From positions 11,408,001 to 11,472,000 of the forward strand of contig NC_043005.1 of assembly GCF_006345805.1 (NCBI RefSeq): a stretch of 64,000 nt of DNA, read 5' to 3'. Position numbers and translations under genes: made by a program. Origin of the DNA: Octopus sinensis. Its lineage: Eukaryota. Within the stretch, counting starts at the first letter, position 1; each line of letters opens with the position of its first letter. The notes beneath the pieces were generated by a model. It saw nothing but the letters and a program-made list of their open reading frames with translations, had not been told where the DNA came from and ran no database searches. Below, piece after piece: positions 12,460-26,426 of this stretch.

Positions 12460-14697
12460 AATCTACATTACGGTTAAATTTGGTAGAAACATCAGGTTGG
12501 GTGTATTGGCTGAATTAACAGAGGGCTGTAAAATGCCTTGTCAGGTTTTTTCTGGTTCTTTACGTACTGAGCTGTAACCCTACTAAGGTATACTTTGCTT
12601 TGCATCCTTTCAGGTTAGATAAAAAAATAAAAAATACCAGTCAAGTGCTGGATTCTAGAGTATCAATTGATACTCCGCCTCTCAAAATTACTGAACTTGT
12701 GCTTTGATTAGAAATAATAATGCGATAGATTGGAAGAATCGCTGAAGGGTCGAGAAAATAAATTTCGGTAATTTCCCCGGATTTTTACATTTTGATATAA
12801 ATTTCCACCGAAGTCAAATTTACCTTTCATTCCTCAGGAGTTAATGAAATAAAAATAATATACAATAAGATACAAGCCAAGTACTAGAGTTGGTTGTTTC
12901 TACCTCGGTCTGAAATTGCTGGCCTTGTGCCAATATTACAAGCCGTTATTAAATGTAGTGGATTTGCGGAATCATTTTAGCACTGGACAACATGACCTAC
13001 GGTATATATTCCAGGATTTTACAATCTGAATTCCAATCGCGCCATGCTTGCTTTTATCGTTTCAATAGTCCGGGTGGATAAAATCAGCCCAGTAGTGGGG
13101 GTCAAAAATCAGCCACTAAATCTTTCCTCACACTTCTGACCATCTGCCCATGCTGGAAACTATTATGGTTAAAACCCTTGCATAAGGACTTTCGTTCAAC
13201 AAATTACACTGGGTCTAAATACGAGATTACTAATAGAGCAATCATGATAACAATAAGTGCTGTAGAGAAAGAGGTAAGCTTGATATCAGTGCACAATTTA
13301 GTGTCAGTCGTTATTTGACGCGAGTATAGTTGCCACGGTCTCACTCGTGGGTAAGAACTTGGAATATAACACAGAAAACACATTTCTAGGTGATACGAAC
13401 TGTAGTCTGCCCAGTAAAATTGGATCGGGTTGCCTATGTTTAGTCCAGTGCAGAACGAAGACCCCAGCATGTTCTCTTCACCAATCACGTCCGATGTTGA
13501 GGCCGTGAATATGAGCTTCAGATCATCCTGATTTAATGAGCATACTGTGTCTCACTAGCTCGACATAGCTTGAGGGATGCAGTTTTTTTTATATTCATAA
13601 CCAGGAGGAGTTAAGTCGATTAAATCGACCACAGTGTTCAACTGGTACTTATTTCATTGACGTCGATAGGATAAAAGGCTAGATCGATCTCAGCGGAATT
13701 TGAACTCAGAGCGTGAAGGTTGAAGAAATACTGCTAAACATCTCACCCAGCGTGCTAACGATTCAGCCAGCTCGTCGCAATGCAAGACATCTGTCAAAAA
13801 AAAAAAAAAAAAGAAAAAGAAAGAAAAGAAAAGAAAAAGAAGAAAAATCCATTTTTTCATGTGACACAAATGGTATTTGCAACAAAGGTGAAATTTTCAC
13901 TAGCATAAATTAAGAAAGATCAAACAACTCACACATTTTTGAAACGGATTTTCAATAACAAATGGCAATTACAAGTCCACAGATTCAATAAAAACTATTT
14001 CACGCAAGCACGCAAACACATACACACACACAGAGAGAGAAACACACACATAGATATATAGGTAAATACATGTATACATACTTACCTACCTATCTTCGTT
14101 CATACATATATGTATATATAGTGTTAGTATACTAGTAGGAAGCCAATAAATTTTAATTAATCAAAATTGCATTCTTAATGATAAGGACAATTACTATGTT
14201 AATGAATTACACACACACATATATATATATATATCAAAAAATACTGTGTGTGTATGTGTGTGCATGTATGTGTATATGTGTGCCTATTTTTGTACATACA
14301 GATCTGAATAAAAGTTATTTCTCCGCTTATAACCATATTAGGTATTGTTTTGCTAAATTACATATAAACTAGAGTGTAGTTATAATTATCATGTAATTAA
14401 ACATTTCAAATGCCTGCAGGGTCTACTTTCCTTTTCATTGTTTCCGGTTCGATAAAAAAAAAGCATCAAACCAGGAGTTTTGCTTGACGGATACCTTGTG
14501 GTATTTGTTTCATCCTTTTCAGTTTTCAAATCCCACCATGGTCTACTTACTAAACAACATAGTTCCAGTTTAGTGGTTTCCAACGGATTCCTTGCCTTGC
14601 TTATAATTCAATACAGAACAAATAAATAATACTACGAGGGGTGACAATTGTTTTTCGAATTTTTCTCGCCGATGTATCACACACATGCACGCACGCG

Positions 14698-14764
<67 letters not shown>

Positions 14765-15283
14765 CCACACACGCGCATATCATCATCATCATCAGTTTCT
14801 TCTGCTTCACTTATTCTCAGTCGTTATCCGTTTCTTTGCTTCCATTTAAGATGTGTAACAGGTGTTAACATCACCATCATTATTGATAGAGGAAGATGGG
14901 GAAGAGACATCCAGTTGGAAGCAACGATATACCAATGTCACATCTGATGATTTCCTTCAGACTTGAATTAAGATCAAGACTAAGAGAAATAACTCAATTG
15001 AACCAGAGATACAAATTTAGGTAATTAAATTAAAGGGGGTTGTACTGAATGCCATACATAAAATATTCCTAATTTACTGAAATTTCCTGCATACTTGGAG
15101 AAAGGAAACGCAGAACAAAGGAAATTATTATAATTCATTTTTGTTATGTGTGTGTATGTGTGTATAAATGTATATACGTATATGTATATACATGTATATA
15201 TATATTTGCATTTATATATGTGCATATATATATATGTATACATATATCTCTCTCTCTATATATATATGTATACATATCTATAT

Positions 15284-15380
<97 letters not shown>

Positions 15381-15439
15381 TGCATATACAGACACATATG
15401 CATATATATATATATCACCATATTGGACTACTGAACTCA

Positions 15440-15610
15440 ACACGCTTTTTTTTCCATCTCTCTGTTACTTCTTCTTATTCCTTTCTGTTGAAGAGCGAAT
15501 GCTCGAAACATGAAAGACTTTCCCATTTTTCCCGAGTGTCAACCTAATACACTTGCTTGTTGTTCCTACACCCTTCTTCGTCTTTGTTTTTTTCTATAAA
15601 TTTTAAGTAA
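15440..15610 (+). mobile_element. Penelope-like fragment with a degenerate hammerhead-like fold (15481-15516)
   Basis: CTTT-CTGTTGA-A-GAGC(gaat)GCTC-GAAAC-ATG-AAAG. Stems I and II pair, but the core has U6 and the triplet is non-cleavable AUG. Confidence 0.4.
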
Positions 15611-15699
<89 letters not shown>

Positions 15700-15701
<2 letters not shown>

Positions 15702-16085
15702 TATATTATATAAAATCCGTTCTGTCTGTCTATGCGTGTGTGTCTTCTAGGGTCTCGGGCATCCTCCATCCGATTGCACTCGAATTTGATACGTAGATAC
15801 CGACGGTATCAGGGCGTGTATAAATCTTTAAAAAATTACAAAAACCGATTCCAGGTGAGAATGCGATCGATAAAGTCGGGGGAACGTGAATCTGTGCGCG
15901 CAAGTACATCAGCTGTTGCGATCGATACTACGCGTACGCGAGAAAAATGCACGTGTTGTTTGCGCAAAAAAAGCCGGCTGCCTTGAAATAGTACCACAAA
16001 ATGGGACTGTCGGACAAGTTGTTTTGAGAAAATTTGGTTTAAATGTTTGACAACTCAGCACCGTCCATTGGACGGGGGGCTTTTT
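15700..16085 (+). mobile_element. Probable Helitron 5' portion (family H3)
   Basis: Starts ctatattatataaaatccgttctgtctgtct directly after (AT)n, like the other Helitron heads. No 3' CTAG/hairpin of its own; it abuts H1 at 16110. Confidence 0.45.
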
Positions 16086-16109
16086 GCTCTTTTGTTCATG
16101 TATATATAT

Positions 16110-16497
16110 ATATATATATAAAAGTGAGGTTGTGTGTTGTGTTCTGTCTCCTACAATTTAGATTCCTAACTACTCCCGGTGCAGTTTAACCAAAACCGGG
16201 TATCTTATAGTCGTGATTCATATCGATCCCTTGTGGGTATTAACGCGCGTCTACGATGAGTCTACGATTTAAAAAAAAATTACCATCAATTTTTCCCATT
16301 TTTTATGCAATTTTGGCATATATAAGGGAAGTAACTCTCTAAAAATTTATTATTAAATCTCAGAACGTAAAAAGCTACAGTAACACCCCCCCTTTGTGGT
16401 TAGCCATATTGAGATGGCTATTATACTTTACATCTCTAAAAATGCTTATATAGTTATTTCCCTTACAAACCCGAGCAACGCCGGGCGATACTGTTAG
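16110..16497 (+). mobile_element. Non-autonomous Helitron (family H1)
   Basis: Near-identical to 53301-53690, with the same hairpin and a TTAG terminus. Lies between (AT)n tracts. Confidence 0.82.
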
Positions 16498-16580
<83 letters not shown>

Positions 16581-17978
16581 CTATCCAGCTGATGCCTTTT
16601 ATGATGAAACGTGATTCCATAATTGTCTTTTATATGCAAATGAGATCAGACATTTCTCTTTTAAGCATGTAAACTGGCACTGAGAAATCATCGCTTAATC
16701 TCTCTTAATTGTCTCCCCTTGTCATTAAGAGTTTCTGACAAACGCCTCTACGTTTTTGGTTTCTTTTTCCTGTTAAGCGGGTTTTTTTGAATTTATTATA
16801 ATTTTCTTTTACGTTTTGTATTTAGTATATAGGCTGTCAAATGCCATCGTTGTTGGAGCATCGACTCGGTTGCTTTGCGGTAATTGTTCCAGCTCTCTTC
16901 GCCCCGAGTTCGATTCCAGCCATATAAGTTTTGCCCATCATCTTTTCGGAGTATTTAAGTTGAGTGCCAGACTGTACCGGGTCTATTTCCTCTGTCTTCA
17001 TAATTATTTCTGTCTATCTTTTTTGTTTACCAGAAGAGACCTGGAGATGAATGTCTCCACTGATTGTAAAATACACGAGATACGACGAATGTTATGACGG
17101 CGGTCATACGACTCCGTCAAGGACGACAATTCGTTTAGTACACCAAATGTGAGCTTCAATTCTTCAAGTCAATTTGGTTACATTAGCAACCTTTACACCT
17201 TTGTGTTTCGTTCTACCTGTCTGTCCCTAAGTCATACTTCTTTGATAACAAGCACTCTCTGAATTTAAAGTGTCAAACAACGATAGATAGATAAATAAAT
17301 AGATAGATAGATAAATGGATTGATAAATAGATAGATCGATAGATAGATAGATAGATAGATAGATAGACAGACAGATAGATAAATAGATAGATAGTTATAT
17401 AGACAGAGAGATAAATAGATAGATAGAGAGAGAGAGATAGACAGACAGATAGATAGATAAATAGATAGATAGATAGTTAGATAGACAGATAGATAAATAG
17501 ATAGTTAGATAGACAGAGAGAGGAAGAGAGAGAGAGAAAGAGAGATGTTTCTTATACTAGGTTTCTTACTTTCACTTTTAGTATCCATAACTGCATCGTT
17601 GTTTATTCCTTTATTCGTTTATTTGTTTCAGTCATTAGACTGCAGCCGTGCTGGAGCACTGCCTTGAAAACTCTTTTGTCTAACGAATCTACACTAGTAA
17701 TACTCTTTTTAAGCCTGGTAATATTCTATTTAACTCTTTCGCTGAACCGCTAGTGTTACAGGGACATAAACACACCGTACACCGGTTTACAAGGTGTGGT
17801 GCGAGACAAACGTTTTGGTCAGCCCAAGCCTATAGTGGAAGACACTTATATATATATATGTAGGACAATCAGTAAGTTGTCATAATAGAACTCAGAGTTT
17901 CAAATGCCAGAGCTAAAAGCTTTGGGGCATTTGAAACTCTGAGGTCTATTATGACAACCTACTGCTTGTCCTATACTT

Positions 17979-18065
<87 letters not shown>

Positions 18066-18080
18066 TGTGTGTGTGTGTGT

Positions 18081-18362
18081 GTGAAGGCACATGGTTCAGT
18101 GGTTAGAGCGTCGAGCTCACGATCGTGATGTTGCGAGTTCGATTCCCCGACCAGGCTGCGTGTTGTGTTCTTGAGCAAGACAATTTATTTCACGTTGCTC
18201 CATTTCACTCATCTGTAAAAATGATTTGTGACGTCACTGGTGCTAAGCTGTAACGGCCTTTGCCTTTCCTTTGGTTGGAATACATGGGCGACTGCTGACC
18301 TTCCACAATCAACCTTGCCCAGACTTGTGTCTCGGAGGGTACAATTCCATGGTCCTTCATGT
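18081..18362 (+). mobile_element. tRNA-derived SINE family D
   Basis: Head tggttcagtggttagagcg...gttcgattcc, CORE-like ttgtgttcttgagcaagaca. Homologous to 54541-54886. Confidence 0.8.
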
Positions 18363-18524
18363 TGTAAAGAGTAGCAATACGGAATCGTAACATAATTGCC
18401 AACCAAGTATGGCGTCCTATTACTGGACAGTGCTACTCTTTTCTTTTAGTTTCAGGAAGGAGCTACAAACGTCAGTAGCACTGTCCCGTATAGGGCGTCA
18501 TACTCGGTTGATAATTATATGTTA

Positions 18525-18574
<50 letters not shown>

Positions 18575-18576
<2 letters not shown>

Positions 18577-18806
18577 GTTTAAATATTGTTGTGCAAGATT
18601 TTTTATGTGAAGTCGTGTGTTGAAACAGATATTGTTGTATTTAGGAATGGTCATTTTGCCAGTTTAGCCAATAAAAACACACGCACTACATATTAAGATT
18701 AATGTAAAAAATAAATAACACTGAAGCTAAGTAACACCATATATATAGTGCGTGTGTTTTTATTGGCTAAACTGGCAAAATGACCATTCCTAAATACAAC
18801 AATATA
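18575..18806. repeat. Same palindromic family, opposite orientation, centre deleted
   Basis: Perfect ~60-bp inverted arms at 18629-18688 and 18746-18805. The spacer matches only one side of the 56.7-kb centre. Confidence 0.88.
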
Positions 18807-18905
18807 TATATATATAATATATATATATATAAAGATATATATATATAATGTGTATATACATAAAGATATATATATACATACATAAATATATATATGCATG
18901 TGTGA

Positions 18906-18968
<63 letters not shown>

Positions 18969-20098
18969 GCATGTGTGTATATGTATATATATACATATAT
19001 ATGTATATATTCACACACACACACACACACTCACACACACACACACACATATATATATCATATCCGTTACATTATTTCTGATCAACCTGGTCTACAACAA
19101 ATGCATTCCAGCCAACACCGATCTATCGTATTTTTAAATATACTGCACCTACAATTACATTATTCAATGTATCCCTTCTTGTTTTGATAGAAAATTGCGA
19201 GAGTTGGCTGCTATTTCTGGGAGATCACTCGACCATTTAAAAGATTATTCATTGATTCGTTCTGGTATTTTGTGTTTACAGAGATTTGTACACAACATAT
19301 TTTATAATATAGGATAAATATTTCGAAATGATATTTAGAATATATTTCAAAGAAAATACCGGAAAGCCAATATAGTAATGGAAAATTGCAAATAATTATA
19401 TTGAATAAGTAAATAAGTAAATACACAACTAATTATATCATAAGCTGGCATTCATCTGAAGTATAACAAATAATTCATGGAAAAAATAATAAAAAAAAGA
19501 TGTTAGATTACATTAAAACATTAAATTTAATAAAATTACATTAAATATAATTACATTTTAAAAAAGTAAATAACATTTTTTTGAAGAAGTCTACTGAAAA
19601 TCGATCGAAAATAAAATAGCAGAATTTTATATAAGTATTTGCTGTTGTTTTTGTTGTTCGAAATAATCTCTGACAGAACACATTCCACCCGTGACTCTCC
19701 AGTCATTTTACATCAGATTTAGTTGGAGAAAGGATCTTTGTACAAATACTTAGGGATTAGATTAAGACAAAACGAATACCAAAAATTCCTTTGTTATTCG
19801 CTCCAGCACCCTGTATTCGTGTTAAAATCCTGTTGATGTAGACTTTGTTATTCATCCTTCAAGGCTGAAATCCTAGGGTTGAAAGTATAGACTAAACTCT
19901 CCTTAAAATAAAATAAAGACAATCACTGGCTTTGTGCTAACAGAAATTGTCATTAAAATCAGAGGATTGACAGAATCATATTGTGGTAAAGTGTTGCAAA
20001 GGAACGAATCGAGTTTGCAAATGCCAATCATCTATTGAAACCTATGTACTATTTTCGTGCTCGATTGTAGACAAAAATTCGGAATATTGTATTCAATA

Positions 20099-20490
20099 CT
20101 AGCGGTATCGCCCGGCGTTGCTCTGGTTTGTAAGGGAAATAACTATATAAGCATTTTTAGAGAGTTATAGCCAAAAAATAGCAAAAAATGCATTAAAAAT
20201 GGAAAAAAAAATGATGGTAAATTTTTTTTTAATCGTTGACTCATCGTAGACATTTTTAGAGAGTTACTTCCCTTATATAATAGCGAAAAAAATGCATCAA
20301 AATGGAAAAAAATGATGGTAAATTTTTTTTTAATCGTAGACTCATCGTAGACGCGCGCTAATACCCAGAAGGGCTTGATATGAATCACGACTATAAGATA
20401 CCCACTTTTGGTTACACTGCACTGCAAAATGTGGGAGTAGTTAGGAATCTAAATCGTAGGAGACAGACACACAACTTCACTTTTATATAT
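20099..20490 (-). mobile_element. Non-autonomous Helitron (H1 subfamily with internal duplication)
   Basis: Reverse complement of H1 ends (CTAG at 20099-20102 plus hairpin). The interior has a duplicated ~95-bp unit instead of the H1 middle segment. Confidence 0.8.
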
Positions 20491-20730
20491 TCAGTATATA
20501 GGCACCCGTTCAGAACGAATAGATTCTTACTTATTTTCATCTCTGGAACTGGTTGTGTTGAATGAAACATAGAGAACGATAGGTTTCACCAGGTTTAAGT
20601 TTTCCAAAACGTACCAACATATTATATTTATATGTTGTATGTCTACATGTGACTATGTGTGTATAAATATATGTTTGTGCATACATGTATGTATGTATTT
20701 ATGCGTATATGTATGTTTTTTTTTTATTAT

Positions 20731-21100
20731 TAGGAGTGGCTGTGTGGTAAGTAGCTTACTTACCAGCCACATGGTTCCAGGTTCAGTCCCACTGCGTGGC
20801 ACTATGGGCAAGTGTCTTCTACTATAGCCTCGGGCCGACCAAATCCTAGACGGAAACTGAAAGAAGCCCGTCGTATATGTGTGTGTGTGTGTTTATGTGT
20901 TTGCGTTTTTTCTCCCAACATCGCTTGACAACCGATGCTGGTGTGTTTACGTCCCCGTAACTTTGCGGTTCGGCAAAAAGACCGATAGAATAAGTACTAA
21001 GCTTACAAAGAATAAAGCCTGGGGTCTATTTGCTCGACTAAAGGCGGTGCTCCAGCATAGCTACAGTCAAATGACTGAAATAAGTAAAAGAGTAGAGTAT
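20731..21100 (+). mobile_element. SINE family A
   Basis: Head, (TG)n core and tail match the A consensus. Confidence 0.88.
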
Positions 21101-23380
21101 TAGTTATATAATGAGGTTACTGGTTTCTAACAAAGAAATAAAAGCTCCTTCCATGCCGTTTGGCTAACAGAGACGATGATCGTTACATATCGGACTTAAA
21201 GAAAACTTTGCCTGCTTATGCTGTATCACAAACGCATCGTATCTGTAAACTTCGTGGCCGCCAATCTCTTTCGTTGCTTGAAAATACTCGCTTTTGCAGA
21301 TTGGAATTCGATAGAGCACTAAAGATTATTTGCATGAATGTGTATGAATTGACAATGAGTATACAGGAGTTGTAGATTTCGAAGCAGTTGTCCATAGTTA
21401 TTCTCCTTCACGCTGATTTTATGAGAAATGTTTACATTTGTAGAACAGCCTGCTTCTATAACTGACATTTTTTTTTGTCCCAAATATCTATGATGTATCT
21501 GTTATACTTGAACTTAGTAGAAGAGGTCCGAAACGAGAGATCCATGACACGAGAAACAAATAAGGGTTAGCGACTGGAAGGGTATCCACCTGTAAAACAA
21601 TTCTTAGGTGACATTCCTGTAACTCAGTCTGGCATGGAAACACTGATCTAACTACAAACAAAACAAAATATGGTTCGATGGGGCCTTGTCTTCGAAAGAA
21701 GGAAGAAGTAGAGACTAGATTACCTATGACAGTTGTTTTTCCAAAGACAATAAAAAGTAATTTCAGAGAGGGTTTCCTTATTAGTTAAGCTATACAGTGG
21801 TTTGAATATTGGCTGAAATAATAGTAAATTAATACTTGTGATCAATAAAGTGTTGAAGTTACATGACGTCACTTATGTTGTGATGAATGAAAAGATGAAG
21901 AGACTAGCTTTAAGACAAGTTACATGCCAAAATGTTTTGTTAGTGGGTCTTCCAGCGACACAATAAAATAAATATAATTAGTAACTTTGAGCAAGCAGGT
22001 GGTGCTATGAGAAGTTGACGTGTTTTATATTCATTAAAATTCTCTTATTTGATCTAAACTGACAACTTCTAGACAATAATATCGTTGGAGTAAAAGAAAA
22101 TTATTTGCTTCTACTTCTCTCAAAGATGTCAAGGACTGTGTTTGTTGGATAAGTATTCATATCAAAAATGTTTGTTATCAAAAGATTGATTGTAACAAAA
22201 ATCAATTATGTTGATTTTAACCAAAATAAGATTTTACAGTTGTCTCTGACAACGACTAACGAGTTTAAATATTTCAAGTAGACAGACTTTCATAATATCT
22301 ACTCTATCAACAACACCGTCCACAATACACTCTAATCATCTAGTTATCATTTCAATTGGCCAGAAGTGCTGTGAAATAACAGAACAATCATACTAAAATA
22401 TGAAACTAAATGTCTTACAGAATTATTTATTTTTACGTTGAGAGTTTAAATCTCGCCGGGACCAGTATTGCTTTTTCATTTACACAGGGCCGATAAAATA
22501 AATACCAGATATTGTCACGTTGTTGTGTTCCTCTGTTGGTTTTGTGGCTCCATCGAACAAATTCTAGGATAAGAAGCGACCGTCCTACCTTATTCCCAAA
22601 CACAGTACATTTAGGATAGTTTAATCTATTGTGTTACTGTTGCTAAGTTGCTGTGTATAATAAATACGACTATCCGCCTGATTTGAGAAGTTCAATTCGA
22701 ACAACTAAATCTACTCGGCACAATAAGAAGTTACGTTTAGATTTGTAGAAATATATAACTTCAAGTGACGAAAAGAATCTATTATTTATATGCATCACGT
22801 TGGGTAAAATTTGAAATTGTTACTTGGATGTTGTGAAGTGGGACATAATGGAAGAGACAAATAAAAACCCCTTCATAACTTACAGAATCCACATTTTATT
22901 TTGCAAATATTTACTCTTTGTACAGAAGATCAATATTTTGTATAATTGTAACTGTTAAAACCGAGGAAATTACATAGGGAGCAAAAAAACGATTTTTGTT
23001 TTGAAAAATATTCGACAGAAATACATGGATGCGAAGCGAACATCCAGTGTTCAAACTTCTATTTTCTGAGAATAGACGAATGAAATACTAAACGTTTGTT
23101 AGTTATTTATAGTTGCTTAATAGTCATGGTAAGCAGGCAGATTTGTTGGAGCGTCGGGTAACATGCACGTATGATCATGTATGTTTTTTTAAACAGTGCA
23201 TAAAGACGACATTATCCAGCGTATCCTTTATGTTATAAGATATTAGGATGTATTTGAGGTAGATTTGGCTGCTGTTTCTAATATATCGATCGTTTACAAA
23301 GAGGTATATTTGTTGTTCAATTTACGTAATCTTGACTAGTTAGCTAGCATGGTGTCAGCATGTTTCTGTTCAGTGGCAGA

Positions 23381-24080
23381 GTACCTGGATCTTTACCTTT
23401 TGGCCGACAGATTAAAAAAACAATTTTTTGTAAGTAAACACTTTCAAACTTCGGACACTGGTAGAATGTATCACATAAAACATCTTTTACTCTAAGCATT
23501 TTTAAGAAAAGCTTATATTAAGGAAGTCATTGCGCGTTAAAGTTGTCCTATTTCGGTAATTTCAACCAATCAATGATGTGTATTCAGCTGAATAATATTA
23601 CTGCTGTTGTTTGTCAACAACAACCTCCGGCGGTGTATATTTTGTTTGCCACTGTTATTTATGACAACCCTAACCCTACAACCCTAACCCTAACCCTAAA
23701 ACCTTAACCCTAATCCTTACCCTAAAACCTTAACCCTAACCCTAACCCTAAAACCTTATCGCTAAAACCACTTATCGTTAAAATGCACGAACGATGTCAT
23801 AAATAACAGTGACAAACGAAAAATACACCGCTGATAGTTGTCGTTGACAAACAACGGCAGTAATTTTATTCAGCTGAATACACGTCATTGATTCGTTGAA
23901 ATTACCGAAATAGGACAACTTTAACGTGAAATAACTTCCTAAATATAAGCTTTTCTCAAAAACGTTAAGAGTAAAAGATGTTTTATATGACACATTCTAC
24001 CAGTGTCCGAAGTTTGAAAGTGTTTAGTTACAAAAACTTATTTTTTAAATCTGTCGGTCAAAAGGTAAATATCCGGGTAC
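23381..24080. mobile_element. Fold-back MITE with ~290-bp TIRs and a telomeric-repeat core
   Basis: Arm 23381-23668 is the imperfect reverse complement of 23795-24080 (gtacctggatctttaccttttgg / tcaaaaggtaaatatccgggtac). The centre 23666-23770 is degenerate (CCCTAA)n. Confidence 0.85.
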
Positions 24081-24983
24081 CTAACTGGTTACTGTGAATT
24101 CCTATCGTTAGTAGGTTACAGATAAAGTAATTGACCAACTGCTCTTAAATATGCTCAATTTTCTGAACTAACCAGTGAACATTTTTATGTATTTTCTTAA
24201 GACAGCTTCTGTTATTACGATGTGGTCTGTGCTGTACTGAAGAGGTCTAAATAAGTCTGAAACTGTTATAGAGTTGCCCTTCGTTCTTAAGAAAATAATT
24301 AAAAATATATTAGTTATTGACAAATATTGTAATACCTTCTGCGCATAATTATTTCTCATTAGTTTTTAATGTTCACCCAATTAAATACGAGTATGTTAAG
24401 AGATACTTTACTAGCAATAATTTCCTTTTTATTCCCCTTTTTATTACCCAAGGCTTCATTTAAAGCAATGCCTGGCATGTGAGAGAATTTGGGGCTTTCT
24501 GTATATTATGAGGGGTTAGGGATTTAACTCTTGATATTTAAATTCAAAACGCTAAGAGTCTTAAACAGATATGAGTATCAAAGCATCTAATCTAGCAAAT
24601 TAAAATGTCTGTCACTTAACCTACGCCACATATTCTTGAATTAAATATTGGTTTCAAATTTTGACACAAGGCCATGTTCAAATGGTACTTATTTTATCGA
24701 ACCCAAAAGGCGAAAGGTAAAGTTGACCTCGGCGGAATTTGAACTTTGAACGTAAAGGCAGACAAAATATCCTTAAGCATTCCACCCGGAGTGCTTACGA
24801 TTTTGCCAGTTCGACGCCTTTCTTGAATTAAATATTAAACTTCTGGAACCTTTCCAAATGTGTGTTAGTGTGTACACGGAAATTGCATTTGTGATTTTTG
24901 GCGTTCATAACTGTTTCTACGACAAGGAGTCATACTAAATGTTCTAACACGTGTGTATATGTGTACATGTATGTGCCATAAGT

Positions 24984-25251
24984 GTGGAGGCGCGTGGCTT
25001 AGTGGTTAGGGTGTCAGCATCATGATCGTAAGATTGTTGTTTCGATTCCTGAACCGGGCGACGCGTTGTGTTCTTGAGCAAAACACTTCATTTCACGCTG
25101 CTCCAGCCCATTCAACTGGCAAAAATGAGTAACGCTTAAGAAAAAAATGAGTAACGCTGCGATAGACTGGCGTCCCACATACGCCATTGAAACCGGGAAA
25201 CCGGCCACATGAGCCTGGCTAGGCTTTAAAAGGGCGCATTTAATTTAATAT
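24984..25251 (+). mobile_element. tRNA-derived SINE family E with 14-bp TSD
   Basis: A/B-box head. TSD tatgtgccataagt at 24970-24983 and 25252-25265. Confidence 0.9.
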
Positions 25252-26426
25252 TATGTGCCATAAGTACATGTCTGCATGAGTGTGCCCTCGTCTGCTAGTG
25301 TTTGCAAATGTTATTCTTAATAATTGAGATGTGAATAGAATCGGTACAATGGACTCTGTTTATCCTCAAGATAAATATAGTTGAAGTTAACCATGAATGA
25401 GTTATATATCTTTAAAAATACAGCACGTAACCTTAGAAACACTGGTGTTATTGTACTTTTGTATTGTAGTGTAACTCAAAGAATCCACAATCTAAAATGT
25501 GATTAAACGACCATCAGTTTCTCATACCCGAGACGCTATTCTTTTATTTATCAGCTCCAAGTTAACATTTCTGAGTGACGTGGAGAACAGAAACAATAAT
25601 TATAATTGGATTTGTCTAGGAAGCATGAAATATGATAGTCGTACATACAAACATACGTACGTATGTATATATGTACTTACATATCTACGTATGTACGTAT
25701 GTATGTATGTATGTACATACACATACATATATGGGGAAATAGAGAAAGGGAAGGTGTTTTAATACTATGAGCAACTGAAAAAAGCAGAATATATAGAAAT
25801 TACGGTATTTACCGGCAAATATGACATTAGAAATTGTAAGACACTTCAAATAATTGGCGAGATATATTTTGGAACACAAAAGTTTTAACGACTTAACAAC
25901 ATTGCCAATAATTTATTTTGTGAAAATATTTGATTTAACAAAGAATAGTTGGGGGTTATTTTTTAAGACATTGCAACCGGATATACTCTCTAGGAACTGA
26001 CCACGGGCCTTGCTTACATCCCAGTATCCCATGCTGGTGTTTCAAAGGTGTTGTCAAGCCGACTGATTGTGGATTCCACTGACCTTCAATATATATAACA
26101 GAGATCGACGGTACACCCAGTGTTTTCTAGGCTGAATGTGTGTGTATGTATGACAGAAGCAGTCACCATTTTTTATACAAAGCTTTAATGAGAAATATAT
26201 TTCTCAAGATTGCCAAAGAAACGGAAGAATCCATGTCTATTTTATTGCCTATTGAAAATATCTATTAACAACATTTATTACTGCTGTCATCAACACTACC
26301 ATCACAGTTACTAGCTTTGTCTGGGTCATCCCTGTCAATGTAATCAAGTTCACATTTGGCTCCATCTATTATATTCTTCTTCTTCTTCTTCTTCTTCTTC
26401 TTCTTCTTTTTCTTCTTCTTCTTCTT

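Noticed and set aside
23666-23770. True telomere or chromosome-fusion site
   Set aside because: Short, degenerate, single orientation, and enclosed within a MITE.
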